From contig JBBQZW010000003.1 of the NCBI GenBank assembly GCA_038207395.1, positions 115,760-179,759 of the forward strand: a stretch of 64,000 nucleotides of DNA. Reading direction: 5' to 3'. The DNA comes from Minisyncoccia bacterium (GTDB lineage Bacteria > Patescibacteriota > Minisyncoccia > Phycocordibacterales > Phycocordibacteraceae). Shown in pieces: positions 53,363 to 63,632 of the stretch. The notes beneath the pieces were generated by a model. The model did not search any database, was not told the origin of the DNA, and saw only the letters and a list, made by a program, of their open reading frames with translations. A program made the translations under genes and the position numbers. Position 1 is the first letter of the stretch; each line of letters opens with the position of its first letter.

Positions 53363-54352
53363 TTATCGATTCGCGAGCACAACGTCAAGCGGGATAACCG
53401 CTTTACCGTCGATGTAGTCACGACGACGAACGCCGAACGAGTGGTTATCACCGTCGCCATAACAGACGACGACTTCCCCATCCAGAGCTTCTGGCGGCAG
53501 ATAGAGGACATTCGTCCCGTTCACCTTGCCATAAAAGCTGGTGGATACGTTCTGTACCGAAGCGCGGTATCCGAGCAATCCGCTTGCGGCTTGCTCGATA
53601 GCGTCCCAGTTACAGCTGACACGGTAGAGACGTTTCCGCCCCTGCTCGTCAACGACGGTCTTGGTATACGCATTCGGGCACTGCTGTGGCAGATCCCGAT
53701 ACGCTTCCGAGACACCGGCAACTTCCAACTTGATGCAGTTCGGGTTCAAGGCCTTGCGACCAATAAACACGACGCGCGTTGGTACATTGCCGGCGAAGTT
53801 TGGAAACTCCACCCGAACGCAGGGACGAGCAGTCACCACAATCGGAGGAACTTCCACCACGCCAGGATTCGCACAGTTGCTCATCAAGACCAAAACACCG
53901 GTCCGCGAGGCGAAGATAACTTCGCCTCGACGGATCTCGCGTTGAATGCAGTTGAATTTCACTGCAAACGAGCCGCCAGCTACCTGCCAAAGGCAAGCGC
54001 TTTTGTACTCATGATCTCTTTTTGCTGACGTGGCCTTCATGTCATGGGCATAGCTCGGCAGGTCGGCGACAGTCATGAGTCCAGCTTTCGGGTCATCCAT
54101 TTGAAAGGCGACCAAAAATTGGCGTGGTGTGGCTTTGCAGCCAACCATCGCATGACTGCCGTCGGCTTTGATTGCCAGCGAACCTTTGAAGCGAGCTTCA
54201 AGATCGGTAGCGCTTGCAATCGGCGTATCGCAGAACTTGTCCCCGTAGGAACCCACGAATACTGGTTCTGCCGCTTGCGCCTCGCTCGTCCAACCGAAGA
54301 TGGACAGCACGAGGGCGCAGGCGACGAGAATCCGTTGAAACGGATGCAACAT
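53363..54352 (-). CDS. secreted Cys-rich protein (329 aa)
   Basis: Signal peptide ending AQA-AEP; about 14 Cys; cotranscribed with the sortase. Confidence 0.5.
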   Translation of the reverse strand: MLHPFQRILVACALVLSIFGWTSEAQAAEPVFVGSYGDKFCDTPIASATDLEARFKGSLAIKADGSHAMVGCKATPRQFLVAFQMDDPKAGLMTVADLPSYAHDMKATSAKRDHEYKSACLWQVAGGSFAVKFNCIQREIRRGEVIFASRTGVLVLMSNCANPGVVEVPPIVVTARPCVRVEFPNFAGNVPTRVVFIGRKALNPNCIKLEVAGVSEAYRDLPQQCPNAYTKTVVDEQGRKRLYRVSCNWDAIEQAASGLLGYRASVQNVSTSFYGKVNGTNVLYLPPEALDGEVVVCYGDGDNHSFGVRRRDYIDGKAVIPLDVVLANR

Positions 54353-54470
54353 CTTCTTTACTCCCTATGGGCCGTCCCGGATTGGGACGACGGTTCAAAT
54401 CAAAGATCACTCAATTGCCTTATTGCAACGAGCTATCTACTCCGGACAGACGTCCGAACCAGATAGCTTC

Positions 54471-55136
54471 TTACAATGCCTTCGTTTCGACCAGCGTAGC
54501 GGTGACTACGAAACGGTCAGACTTTGTTCCAAATGAGTCACAGGTAGCGAGCGTGAGCTTGCTTCCAGTAACTGAAAGAGGAATTGCGTCATATGCTGCT
54601 GCGCTTTTCTTCTCAACAGTGTCCACGCGGTACGTAAACACCTGAGTAGAACCGGTGACGGTAATGCGGTCACCTTCCTTAAGCTTCTGAATACCATTGA
54701 ACGCCTTGAACGATGGGTTATTCACTATAGGAAGATAACTTGAGTGACCAAAGATGATTACATTACCTTCTACCCCAAGTTTTGATGAAGTTGGATATCG
54801 AACGGTTCCCGTAAGGAGGGCATGGTCGAGCGCTTCAACATTGGTCGTCTCAGGGTTGCTGATCTTCTGAGAAAGATTGATGGTAGGAATCTCAATCTTT
54901 GTAGGAAGTTCAGGGACTGAACCAGCAGTTACGACAGGCGTAATGATTGGAGCGCTCGTTTCTTCAGCTATGGTCTTAGGCGCATTAGGAAGTACATCAA
55001 GTACTGCAGCAACACTAACGGTAATGAATAGAACGAACACGAAGAGGCCCAGGAAGGCCCATTTCTGGGAATACGCCTGCTTACTTGCAGATACAAGCTT
55101 GGCGGCGGTCTGTACGCTGGTCGAATTCGTGGTCAT
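54471..55136 (-). CDS. sortase-family transpeptidase
   Basis: N-terminal TM anchor, IIFGHS (His), LTLATCD (TLxTC Cys), downstream Arg. Confidence 0.7.
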   Translation of the reverse strand: MTTNSTSVQTAAKLVSASKQAYSQKWAFLGLFVFVLFITVSVAAVLDVLPNAPKTIAEETSAPIITPVVTAGSVPELPTKIEIPTINLSQKISNPETTNVEALDHALLTGTVRYPTSSKLGVEGNVIIFGHSSYLPIVNNPSFKAFNGIQKLKEGDRITVTGSTQVFTYRVDTVEKKSAAAYDAIPLSVTGSKLTLATCDSFGTKSDRFVVTATLVETKAL

Positions 55137-55248
55137 ATGTCTTATACATATTTACACTATAAATGGCACTCTGTCAAGTCCAAGCGGTACGGCGCGGCCC
55201 AGGCAGACACTTGACAGTACGATATGAGTATGGTAAACAATATAGTAT

Positions 55249-56004
55249 ATGGAAATAACCACAACAACGATTAACCGGAAATCGGGCCGCCGCGCTGCGG
55301 TAAATGCACTCGCCCTTGTTGGCTTTATTGCACTACTTATTATCGGTGTCGGACTCGCTATATATAGCGCACGCTTTATACCGAACATTGCTTCACGCTT
55401 CGGTGGCGCTGCAGTTTCGCTCTCTTCAATCTTTAATCGCAACGAAACTCCTGCTCTTGAAGTTGTTACCGCAACCACTACCCTTCCTATCGAAGCACCG
55501 GTGACTGTTGCAACAACCACCGCTACAACGACAGCGGTGACTACGACCCCTCCCGTTAAGCGTCCAAATCCCGGACAGAGCACCACAGTAACCTCCGTTG
55601 TATCTACTCCCGTAGCACCCTACGGAAACGCTGATCTTACGGTACTCAGTGCACGAACAGGCTACCTCACCACTCCTGGTAACACTGCCACGTTCGTAGC
55701 CTCAAGTAATGTTCCTTTTGGATCGTCAGGCGCTATCCAGTTCACGGTTACAAATACAGGTACAAACTACACGGGTAGCTGGGCATTCAATGTGGATGTT
55801 CCAACCTCTCCTGCTCAGAACTTCTCATCGGGTAATCAGAGCTCACTCGCTCCTGGCGACAGTATTGATTACGTACTCGGCTTTGATCGTGGAAATGGAG
55901 GAGCGAACCGTCTCATTACGATTACACTAGACCCAAATAACCAGGTTATTGAAAAGAATGAGGGTAACAATGTCGCATCACGCGGTATTGATATCAACAA
56001 CTAG
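55249..56004 (+). CDS. membrane-anchored protein with C-terminal CARDB-like domain
   Basis: N-terminal TM helix, Thr-rich linker, C-terminal ...LDPNNQVIEKNEGNNVA resembles the CARDB ExNExNN signature. Confidence 0.5.
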   Translation: MEITTTTINRKSGRRAAVNALALVGFIALLIIGVGLAIYSARFIPNIASRFGGAAVSLSSIFNRNETPALEVVTATTTLPIEAPVTVATTTATTTAVTTTPPVKRPNPGQSTTVTSVVSTPVAPYGNADLTVLSARTGYLTTPGNTATFVASSNVPFGSSGAIQFTVTNTGTNYTGSWAFNVDVPTSPAQNFSSGNQSSLAPGDSIDYVLGFDRGNGGANRLITITLDPNNQVIEKNEGNNVASRGIDINN

Positions 56005-56019
56005 GAGATACAGCGTATC

Positions 56020-56070
56020 GTAAAAGTAAAAACCTCCTGATTACAATCAGGAGGTTTTTACTTTTACTAC
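56020..56070. terminator. bidirectional terminator
   Basis: AAAAACCTCCTGATT-acaa-TCAGGAGGTTTTT. Confidence 0.6.
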
Positions 56071-58151
56071 TATACGTCGAGCGTTGCGAGTTTCGCGTTT
56101 GACTGGATGAATGACTTGCGGCTTGCCACATCCGTACCCATAAGAATATCAAAGATGCGGTCCGCATCCGCTCCGTCTTCGACGGTAACGCGCTTAAGAA
56201 GGCGACGCTTGGGATCCATCGTAGTTTCCCATAGTTCCTCAGGGTTCATCTCACCAAGACCTTTGTATCGCTGAATTGAAACCTTGCCCACTTTCTTTGC
56301 ACTCGTCTCTGCTTCCTCTACCCCCTCTTCGACTTCTCCTTCGGACTCTTCTCCCTCCCCTTCAATCTCAGATTCTACTTCTTCTCCACCGATAATCTGG
56401 AACTTCTCTTCGTCAGAGTAAGCGTACGAAATTTTCTTTCCCTGCTTGATCTTATAGAGCGGTGGCTGTGCCATGTACACGAAACCACCATCGATGATCG
56501 GACGGAAGTGACGATACAGAAGCGTTAGAAGAAGCGTACGAATATGAGCTCCGTCGATGTCGGCGTCGGTGGCAATAATGATCTTGTGGTACCGGAGTTT
56601 TGAAATATCGAAAATGTCTCCAATGGCCGTACCCATAGCAATAACCAAATTCTTCACCTGTTCAGAAGCGAGCATCTTATCAAGACGAGCGCGCTCTACG
56701 TTCAGAATCTTTCCACGAAGCGGAAGAATAGCCTGTGTACGACGGTCACGACCCATCTTTGCGGAGCCTCCTGCGGAATCTCCCTCCACCACAAAGAGTT
56801 CAGACTCTTCAGCGCTCTTTGACTGACAGTCCGCGAGCTTACCCGGAAGCGTCATTCCTTCTAGTGCTCCTTTTCGAAGGACGGAATCTTTCGCCGCCTT
56901 AGCCGCCTTTCGAGCGCGAAGCGCAAGTGACACTTTGTTAATGATGGCCTTAGCGTCATCAGGATTTTCTTCGAGGAAGAAACTAAATGCTTCTCCAAAC
57001 ACGCTTGCTACCGCTCCCTGCGCTTCCACAGAACCGAGCTTTCCTTTTGTTTGTCCTTCAAACTGAATCTCGGGCATCTTTACAGATACCACAGCAGTGA
57101 TTCCCTCGAGCACATCTTCCCCAGTGAAGTTCTCGTCAGCTTCTTTGATAAGCTTCGCGGAGCGCGCGTAGGTGTTAATAGTTCGAGTGAGTGCGGTCTT
57201 AAAACCAGTGACATGCGTTCCTTGCTCGGGGTTGTAAATATTATTCGCAAAGGCCATGAGACGCGGACTAATATCATCGATGTACTGAAGCGATACTTCT
57301 ACCGCAACATCATCTTTCTCCTGATCAATATAGAAAATATTCTTATGAATAGGTGTCTGGTGCTGGTTATAGAATGCAACGAGTGAGCGAAGACCTCCTT
57401 CAAAGTAGAACGTCATTGACGGGACTTCCAGACTAAGTTCGCGCACATACGCAACCTCTTCAGATTCAACTTTCTCAAGATCACGTGCGTCCACTACGCT
57501 GATTCGTGTTCCCTTTACCAAATATGCTTGCTGGCGAACATGGCCGACGATTTTGTCCCAGTTCCAGTTAATACCGTCTTTGAAAATTGATACGTCTGGC
57601 TTAAAGAAGACGATCGTACCGTTATGCTTTGTCTTTCCAATCTGCTTCACTTTTGCCTTTGCCTTTCCAATTTCATATTCCTGCATGTGCGTTGCTCCGT
57701 CTTTGTGAACGATAACTTTTGTATGTACAGAAAGCGCATTAACCACTGAAGCTCCCACACCGTGAAGTCCTCCTGAGACTTTGTAACCAGAGTCTTCACC
57801 CCCGAACTTACCACCGGCGTGAAGCGTAGTCATAATCATTTCAAGCGCAGAGACTTTTGTCTTTGGATGAATACCAACAGGGATACCGCGGCCGTTATCT
57901 GCCACGCGCACATACCCATCAGGAAGAAGCGTAATCTCAATGTCGTCAGCGAATCCTCCCATGGCTTCGTCGCGGGAGTTATCAAAGATTTCCCAGATAA
58001 GGTGATGAAGACCATCGGGCCCTGTGGTTCCGATGTACATTCCCGGGCGCTTACGCACTGGATCAAGACCTTCAAGTACGGTAATACTTGAAGCGTCATA
58101 CGCGCTGCCCTTAGGAGCTTTTACGGTCTTTTCCTCGTCTTTCTTCGCCAT
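56070..58151 (-). CDS. gyrB: DNA gyrase / type IIA topoisomerase subunit B with acidic insertion
   Basis: GHKL ATPase (GLHHLIWEIFDNSRDEA), Toprim (EGDSAGG), YKGLGEM; Glu-rich insert before YKGLGEM; ATG at 58151 preferred. Confidence 0.85.
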   Translation of the reverse strand: MAKKDEEKTVKAPKGSAYDASSITVLEGLDPVRKRPGMYIGTTGPDGLHHLIWEIFDNSRDEAMGGFADDIEITLLPDGYVRVADNGRGIPVGIHPKTKVSALEMIMTTLHAGGKFGGEDSGYKVSGGLHGVGASVVNALSVHTKVIVHKDGATHMQEYEIGKAKAKVKQIGKTKHNGTIVFFKPDVSIFKDGINWNWDKIVGHVRQQAYLVKGTRISVVDARDLEKVESEEVAYVRELSLEVPSMTFYFEGGLRSLVAFYNQHQTPIHKNIFYIDQEKDDVAVEVSLQYIDDISPRLMAFANNIYNPEQGTHVTGFKTALTRTINTYARSAKLIKEADENFTGEDVLEGITAVVSVKMPEIQFEGQTKGKLGSVEAQGAVASVFGEAFSFFLEENPDDAKAIINKVSLALRARKAAKAAKDSVLRKGALEGMTLPGKLADCQSKSAEESELFVVEGDSAGGSAKMGRDRRTQAILPLRGKILNVERARLDKMLASEQVKNLVIAMGTAIGDIFDISKLRYHKIIIATDADIDGAHIRTLLLTLLYRHFRPIIDGGFVYMAQPPLYKIKQGKKISYAYSDEEKFQIIGGEEVESEIEGEGEESEGEVEEGVEEAETSAKKVGKVSIQRYKGLGEMNPEELWETTMDPKRRLLKRVTVEDGADADRIFDILMGTDVASRKSFIQSNAKLATLDV

Positions 58152-58160
58152 ACTGTTCTC

Positions 58161-58169
58161 ACTAGTATA
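58161..58169 (-). promoter_or_regulatory. extended -10 element TGcTATACT upstream of gyrB
   Basis: Minus-strand reading gtgcTATACTagtgagaacagtATG; TATACT also serves as -10 for the rpoB and smc candidate promoters. Confidence 0.3.
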
Positions 58170-58224
58170 GCACAGATGAAGCTTCAAATGTCCTGCAAAT
58201 CATTGGTTCTTTAGTGTTTATATA

Positions 58225-58251
58225 AAAAATCCCCTGCCGTTTGGCAGGGGT
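58225..58251 (-). terminator. rho-independent terminator (minus strand)
   Basis: CCCCTGCC-aaac-GGCAGGGG followed on the minus strand by ATTTTTTATAT. Confidence 0.5.
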
Positions 58252-58257
58252 GTATGT

Positions 58258-58953
58258 TTATGTGCAGTACAATGTACGACCCACGTCCCAGTTCCAGCAA
58301 AGTTCATCTGAGCCGAAACGTTTGTGGTACTGAAGCTTCAGATAATTGGTATTCCCGAATTTGGCAACCCTATCGAATGCCTTAAAGAAGGAAACAAATT
58401 CCTGAGGAAATTGCTCGGGATCGTAATCGAGAGCACCAAATCGAAATTCGACTCCGCCTGCAAGAACATAGGAAAGTGCCTGCATAGCGCGGTGACGGTG
58501 TGTTAGTACCAGCACGCGCTCGAGATCGAGATCTCTCAGATACTGAAATCCTCGAAACAACCCTAGAATCGTTGCCTCCCACGACTCTTCACCCGGTAAG
58601 GGTTGGAAGTCAGGGCCGAACTCTTCAATGCGCCGTTTTTTAATGCGCTGAGCTTCTGGATGACTACGCTCAAGCGTCCTTACGGTGTCAGCGCGTTTCC
58701 ATTCACCAAAGAACGGCATAGTGCTGAGAGCAATGCTTGAGTCCCACTGTTCCATCATCGCGCCGAAGGTGCGGTCAGCGGGAGTGCAGACCACATGCTG
58801 CACATCATTTTCTTTAATAAAGGAAAAGATGTATTTAATCTGTTCCAGGCCATACGTCGTTAGCGGCGTTTCATCATCTTGATTCTTACCACCTACGTTT
58901 GCTTGGCTTTCGGGGTGGCGCATAAGCCACGCGGTTATGTCACTGGTACGCAT
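58258..58953 (-). CDS. histidine phosphatase superfamily protein (phosphoglycerate mutase-like)
   Basis: LMRHPESQAN corresponds to the RHGE/Q catalytic motif; internal ATG at 58953 preferred. Confidence 0.55.
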   Translation of the reverse strand: MRTSDITAWLMRHPESQANVGGKNQDDETPLTTYGLEQIKYIFSFIKENDVQHVVCTPADRTFGAMMEQWDSSIALSTMPFFGEWKRADTVRTLERSHPEAQRIKKRRIEEFGPDFQPLPGEESWEATILGLFRGFQYLRDLDLERVLVLTHRHRAMQALSYVLAGGVEFRFGALDYDPEQFPQEFVSFFKAFDRVAKFGNTNYLKLQYHKRFGSDELCWNWDVGRTLYCT

Positions 58954-59038
58954 TGACGCAACTCCATTACTATTTTGCAATCTAAAATGACTGTACGTGG
59001 TAAATTGCCATCGGTCAATTCCTTGGTAAGGTACTCAT

Positions 59039-59530
59039 ATGAAACTAGTGATACTGACTATTGGAATCTCAGGGGCCGGTAAGACAACCACCCTTCGCCC
59101 CTTAGTCGAGCAGTACGGAATCACCCGGATTAGCAGGGACGATATTCGCGAAGAATGGTATGGAGATCCACTTAAGCAGGTAGATAAAGAAGCGGTGTGG
59201 GCAGAGGCACAAAGACGCGCTCAAGAAGCACTGACTTCAGGGCAGTCAGTGCTTCTTGACTCTACATTCGCTGAACATACTAAACACCGTCCAGATGTTA
59301 TTTCCTCAATGCGCACAGCGGGTGCGCAACGCGTTGTTGGTGTTTTCTTTACCGTTCCTCTTGAAACCGCTCTTATGCAAAACAAGCAACGTGACGCTCA
59401 GGTAGACGAAGATAGTATCCGTAAAATGTACGCAGAACTCATGGAAAATCCCCCTTCGTTAGACGAAGGGTTTGACGCAATCTACACTCACGAGCAACTC
59501 TCTGAATTTGAAGAAAAGGAGTTGAACTAA
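59039..59530 (+). CDS. P-loop kinase (AAA_33 / polynucleotide kinase-like)
   Basis: Walker A GISGAGKTT near the N-terminus, Walker B-like VLLDSTF. Confidence 0.55.
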   Translation: MKLVILTIGISGAGKTTTLRPLVEQYGITRISRDDIREEWYGDPLKQVDKEAVWAEAQRRAQEALTSGQSVLLDSTFAEHTKHRPDVISSMRTAGAQRVVGVFFTVPLETALMQNKQRDAQVDEDSIRKMYAELMENPPSLDEGFDAIYTHEQLSEFEEKELN

Positions 59531-59533
59531 TGG

Positions 59534-61495
59534 TTACCGTACCTGCCAACCAACCTTTGCATTAAGGACGTCAGTAATACCGGTCATTAGGGGATCAATA
59601 TCGGTGTCCGAAAGAGTGCGATTCGTGGCTTGGAACACAAGGCGGAATGCAAATGAGGTACGAGTGCCATTGTCATCAGTCTTTTCAAATCGGTCGAAGA
59701 GATCCATACGCGCAAGCAGGTCTCCTGCATTCTCTTGTATCAAAAGGGCAACTTCAGACTCTTCCGTTCCTGCGGGAGTCCACACCGCAATGTCACGCAG
59801 CGCTGACGGATACAAAGAGAATGATTGATACGGTCCGAGTGCGTATTTCATAATCAAGGTGTCCTTCCCTATTTCCTCAAGAGCAATGTCTGCGAGGGAA
59901 AGTTCTACCACTCCAGTATCTCCAGAAGAGAGATTCGTAAATCCTGCATTAGGAAATGCAGTCATAAGCGCGTCGACTGCGTCAGGAAGTACGGCAGCGG
60001 ACACCTTACCCGTAAGTTGATGGTAGCCAAGTGCAAGTGAAAGATATTCGCGTTCTTTCGTAAACACGGTGCCAATTTCAAAAAGCTTGAGCGAAGGCTC
60101 AGGACCGATGACTCGTGGTGCTACCGACACGGCCCGTGCAAGCGCGTCACGCATGTTCATTGAAAGCGAAGCACGGAGCCACGGACGTTCTGACTGAAGC
60201 GGGTTTGCGAGTACTATCTCTCCTTCTGCGGCAAATGAGGGAGTGCTTATCTCCGTAAAGCCATGCTGAATAAGAACGTCTTTAATAGCTTCAATTCCTT
60301 TGTAGCGATTCTGGTCGGGCGAAACAAGCACCGGAGGAAGTGGACTAGGTGCAACTTGATCATATCCAAGCACCCGTCCAATTTCTTCAGCAAGGTCTTG
60401 CCATATGCTAATGTCCCGGCGCTCAAAGGGCGGCGTTACCGTCACTGAAAAGTCTCCTGTCGGGAGAGTATTCGCTTCAAACGAAAGACTAAGGCGCTGT
60501 AAGGCACTTGTTACATCGTCAGAGACAAAAGAAGTACCGAGATGGCCGTTCACCATGGTAAGCGTAATACTGACCGGTGAAGCAGGGGGCTCAGGGTTCG
60601 GATACGAATCAACGACTCCCTGGAGCTCGCCTCCGGCGAGCTCCAGTATCAGCGCCACTACGTCGCGCATCCCATACGCCGCGAACTCAGGTGAAAGCGT
60701 ATTCTGAAAACGAAGACTTGCATCCGTCCAAAGCTTGAGAGCTTGAGAAGTCTTTCGAACGCGCGTTCCATCAAAGTTTGCCGATTCAATAATAAGATCG
60801 GTAGTCGCTTCTGTTATCCCTGCACGAGTACCTCCTTTCACCCCAGCAATACCAAGCGCCGCGCCGCTCACTCCGTCCGCAATAAGGAGCGTTGCAGGGG
60901 TAAGCGTATATTCTTCGCCCGTAAGCGTGGTGATTTTTTCTCCACCATGCGCAGCTCGAACTGAAATGCTCTTCTTTCCGTCTACCGTATCTAAGAGCTT
61001 CCCAGCGTCAAAGGCATGGAGTGGTTGGCCAATGTTGAGCATCACGTAATTCGTAGCGTCCACCACGTTATTAATAGAGCGCTGACCAATGCTTGTGAGC
61101 GCAGTCACAAGCCACTCAGGTGAGGGTCCGACTTTCACGCCCGTAATACGAGCTGTCATGTACCTGCGGCACGCTTCACTATCTTCTATGGTTACTGAAA
61201 TATTCGCAGCGTCAGCACTCACGTCTCCCGCACTCCACTCGGGCAGCGTCGTTCGTAGCGGATCTTCACGTAGTGGTATAGCAAGCGCCGCAGCAAGTTC
61301 GTACGCAATACCCCGATGAGAAAGTGCATATGATGCGCGGTCAGGAAGCACTTTTACGTCAAATACCGTATTTTTGCCTTCACCAATAACCTCTTCAACT
61401 TCACTTGAATGGAACGTAAGCGCATCTACAAGCACGTCTACCGCTGGAAGCGGTTCGATAAAATAATTCTGAAGCCAGGAGAGAGATACTTTCAT
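59534..61495 (-). CDS. pheT: phenylalanyl-tRNA synthetase beta subunit (compact, 653 aa)
   Basis: B3/4 and B5 domain blocks, class II-like core; follows pheS. Confidence 0.85.
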   Translation of the reverse strand: MKVSLSWLQNYFIEPLPAVDVLVDALTFHSSEVEEVIGEGKNTVFDVKVLPDRASYALSHRGIAYELAAALAIPLREDPLRTTLPEWSAGDVSADAANISVTIEDSEACRRYMTARITGVKVGPSPEWLVTALTSIGQRSINNVVDATNYVMLNIGQPLHAFDAGKLLDTVDGKKSISVRAAHGGEKITTLTGEEYTLTPATLLIADGVSGAALGIAGVKGGTRAGITEATTDLIIESANFDGTRVRKTSQALKLWTDASLRFQNTLSPEFAAYGMRDVVALILELAGGELQGVVDSYPNPEPPASPVSITLTMVNGHLGTSFVSDDVTSALQRLSLSFEANTLPTGDFSVTVTPPFERRDISIWQDLAEEIGRVLGYDQVAPSPLPPVLVSPDQNRYKGIEAIKDVLIQHGFTEISTPSFAAEGEIVLANPLQSERPWLRASLSMNMRDALARAVSVAPRVIGPEPSLKLFEIGTVFTKEREYLSLALGYHQLTGKVSAAVLPDAVDALMTAFPNAGFTNLSSGDTGVVELSLADIALEEIGKDTLIMKYALGPYQSFSLYPSALRDIAVWTPAGTEESEVALLIQENAGDLLARMDLFDRFEKTDDNGTRTSFAFRLVFQATNRTLSDTDIDPLMTGITDVLNAKVGWQVR

Positions 61496-61498
61496 AGG

Positions 61499-62248
61499 TT
61501 ATGCAGGGATCCCGCCCACGACCGTTTCATCAAAGCCGTACGTGAATCGAATATCCCCGTTATGGAAAAGACGCACGTCGGGTACTCCGTGCTTCACCAT
61601 AATCAAACGTTCGATACCGCCACCAAAGGCAAATCCTCCAAACTTTTCTGGATCAAGTCCTGCGTTCTTTAGTACGTTCGGATGAAGCATGCCTGCGCCT
61701 GCAACCTCAAGCCAGCGGCCCTCCTTACCAGGAACCTCAAACCACACATCTACCTCCACAGAAGGCTCCGTAAATGGAAAGAAGCTCGGGCGGAAACGTA
61801 CTTTCGCATTTGGTCCAAGGTACTCTTTAAAAAACTGTTCGTAGGTCCCTTTAAGGTGAGCAAGCGTTACCGTTCCAAGAGGAGCGACGGCAAATCCATC
61901 AAGCTGAAAGAATTGCGCTTCGTGCGTCATGTCTGTTGCTTCATTGCGAAAGACTTTTGCCGGAGAAATCATACGCATCTCGGAAATTCCTTCGTTCGCC
62001 ATTTTTTCTAAGCATCGTATCGTCACCGACGTTGTATGCGTACGGGGTGTTCGAGGTTTTTCTTCCTTCGTCCAAAACGTATCCTGCATATCGCGCGCAG
62101 GATGTTCGGGCGGTACATTTAACGCATCAAAGTTATACCACTCGTCCTCAAGCTCAGGGCCGTACGAAATACCAAAACCCATACGGGAAAAGATGTCTGC
62201 AATCTCGCGAACGGCAACAGACAAGGGATGTAATCGGCCAGCGCTCAT
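61499..62248 (-). CDS. pheS: phenylalanyl-tRNA synthetase alpha subunit (core only, 249 aa)
   Basis: HPL..., FDALNVPPEHPARDMQDTFW, FPFTEPSVEVDVW, GGGIERL. Confidence 0.85.
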   Translation of the reverse strand: MSAGRLHPLSVAVREIADIFSRMGFGISYGPELEDEWYNFDALNVPPEHPARDMQDTFWTKEEKPRTPRTHTTSVTIRCLEKMANEGISEMRMISPAKVFRNEATDMTHEAQFFQLDGFAVAPLGTVTLAHLKGTYEQFFKEYLGPNAKVRFRPSFFPFTEPSVEVDVWFEVPGKEGRWLEVAGAGMLHPNVLKNAGLDPEKFGGFAFGGGIERLIMVKHGVPDVRLFHNGDIRFTYGFDETVVGGIPA

Positions 62249-62343
62249 AGTGTTTTTGTACTCGAACTATACCCCATCTGCGCGCTAATTCTAAGTAGAT
62301 AAAAAGTGGCTTTTTTGATAAACTAGGAGCATCGTTTCCTCCT

Positions 62344-63582
62344 ATGCTTCTCGAGCTACTCACCTACCCTTTTATATTCATTGCCGTCTTTTTCGAGGTA
62401 TTTTTGCTCGTTACCTTTTTATCAGAACCAGCCCGTGAGCGTCGTGCACGAGCACTTTCAAAAGAAACTCCCAAAGTCGCTATTATCGTACCGTGCTGGA
62501 ACGAACAGAACACCATTCAAGGAACCGTTGAGTCCTTGCTGGCTCTTGACTACCCCGCAGACAAACTAAAGATTGTGCTTGTTAATGACGGCTCTACCGA
62601 CAACACTCCAGCGGTAATGGATCAGTATAAAAACACGCCGCAGATTACCGTGATACATAAGGAAAATGGCGGAAAGCACACGGCAATGAACCTTGGTATT
62701 GAAAAAGCAGAAGACGCGCTCTATGTAGGATGTCTTGATGCTGACTCATTCGTAGCGCCAGATGCCCTTCGAGAAATTATTGCGTACTTTGAGAATCCGA
62801 AGGTTGCTGCCGTAACGGCAGCAATGTCTGTCTGGGACCCGAAGACCCTTTTGGAGCGTATGCAGAACGCCGACTACATTCATGGCATCACCCTACGTCA
62901 CGTGATTTCATCACTTAACGGTCTGTACGTTACGCCAGGTCCATTCTCATTCTACCGTCGCGACATCATTCTTAAGGTCGGAGGTTTTCAAAAAGGTCAT
63001 AACACTGAGGACTTGGAGATGGCCCTCCGCCTTCAAAACGAAGGGTATATTCTCGAGAATGCTCCACGGGCGCGCGTGTATACAAAAACTCCCACCAGCG
63101 TTCGCAGTCTCGTAAAGCAGCGAACGCGCTGGACGACCGGCTTCCTTCGAAATGTTATTTACGACTACCGCCACATGATTGGAAACAGTAAGTTCGGTAC
63201 GCTTGGACTTTTCATGCTTCCTATTGGACTGCTTGCAAACGTATCAGGAATTATTATGTTCGGTGTCATAATCACGCGCGGTGTTCAGTTTATTTGGAAT
63301 CAGTACGCCCTTCTTTCAGGCTTCCCGCTTTGGTACACCCTCATTCCTCACCATACGTTTAACTGGTTCTTTATCCCTCTCTCATCCGTTGTATTACTCT
63401 CAATTATTATGCTTGTGGGGGCTGTGACCACCATGCTTATCGGTAAACATATCTCCCGAACACCAGGAAATCTGTTTGTCGGTATCATCATGTACGTAAC
63501 CTTCTACGGCTTTATCGCACCACTATGGCTCATACGTTCTATGTATGACCTTCTTACTAATACTCGACGTAGCTGGCGCTAG
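62344..63582 (+). CDS. membrane-embedded processive family-2 glycosyltransferase (cellulose synthase / PgaC-like)
   Basis: N-terminal TM, DGSTD (DxD), CLDADSF, QRTRWTTG (QxxRW), C-terminal four TM helices. Confidence 0.75.
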   Translation: MLLELLTYPFIFIAVFFEVFLLVTFLSEPARERRARALSKETPKVAIIVPCWNEQNTIQGTVESLLALDYPADKLKIVLVNDGSTDNTPAVMDQYKNTPQITVIHKENGGKHTAMNLGIEKAEDALYVGCLDADSFVAPDALREIIAYFENPKVAAVTAAMSVWDPKTLLERMQNADYIHGITLRHVISSLNGLYVTPGPFSFYRRDIILKVGGFQKGHNTEDLEMALRLQNEGYILENAPRARVYTKTPTSVRSLVKQRTRWTTGFLRNVIYDYRHMIGNSKFGTLGLFMLPIGLLANVSGIIMFGVIITRGVQFIWNQYALLSGFPLWYTLIPHHTFNWFFIPLSSVVLLSIIMLVGAVTTMLIGKHISRTPGNLFVGIIMYVTFYGFIAPLWLIRSMYDLLTNTRRSWR

Positions 63583-63632
63583 TCCACGGCTCTCTACATG
63601 ACGAAGCGCACACTCCGTGCTTAAATCACCTT

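Noticed and set aside
53239-53511. N-terminal 91 codons of the 793-aa track ORF (MSSICRQKLWMGKSS...)
   Set aside because: They overlap the upstream Cys-rich gene in another frame and run across its terminator hairpin. Sequence is low-complexity. The TM-anchored METTNTTF start at 53238 is far more plausible.
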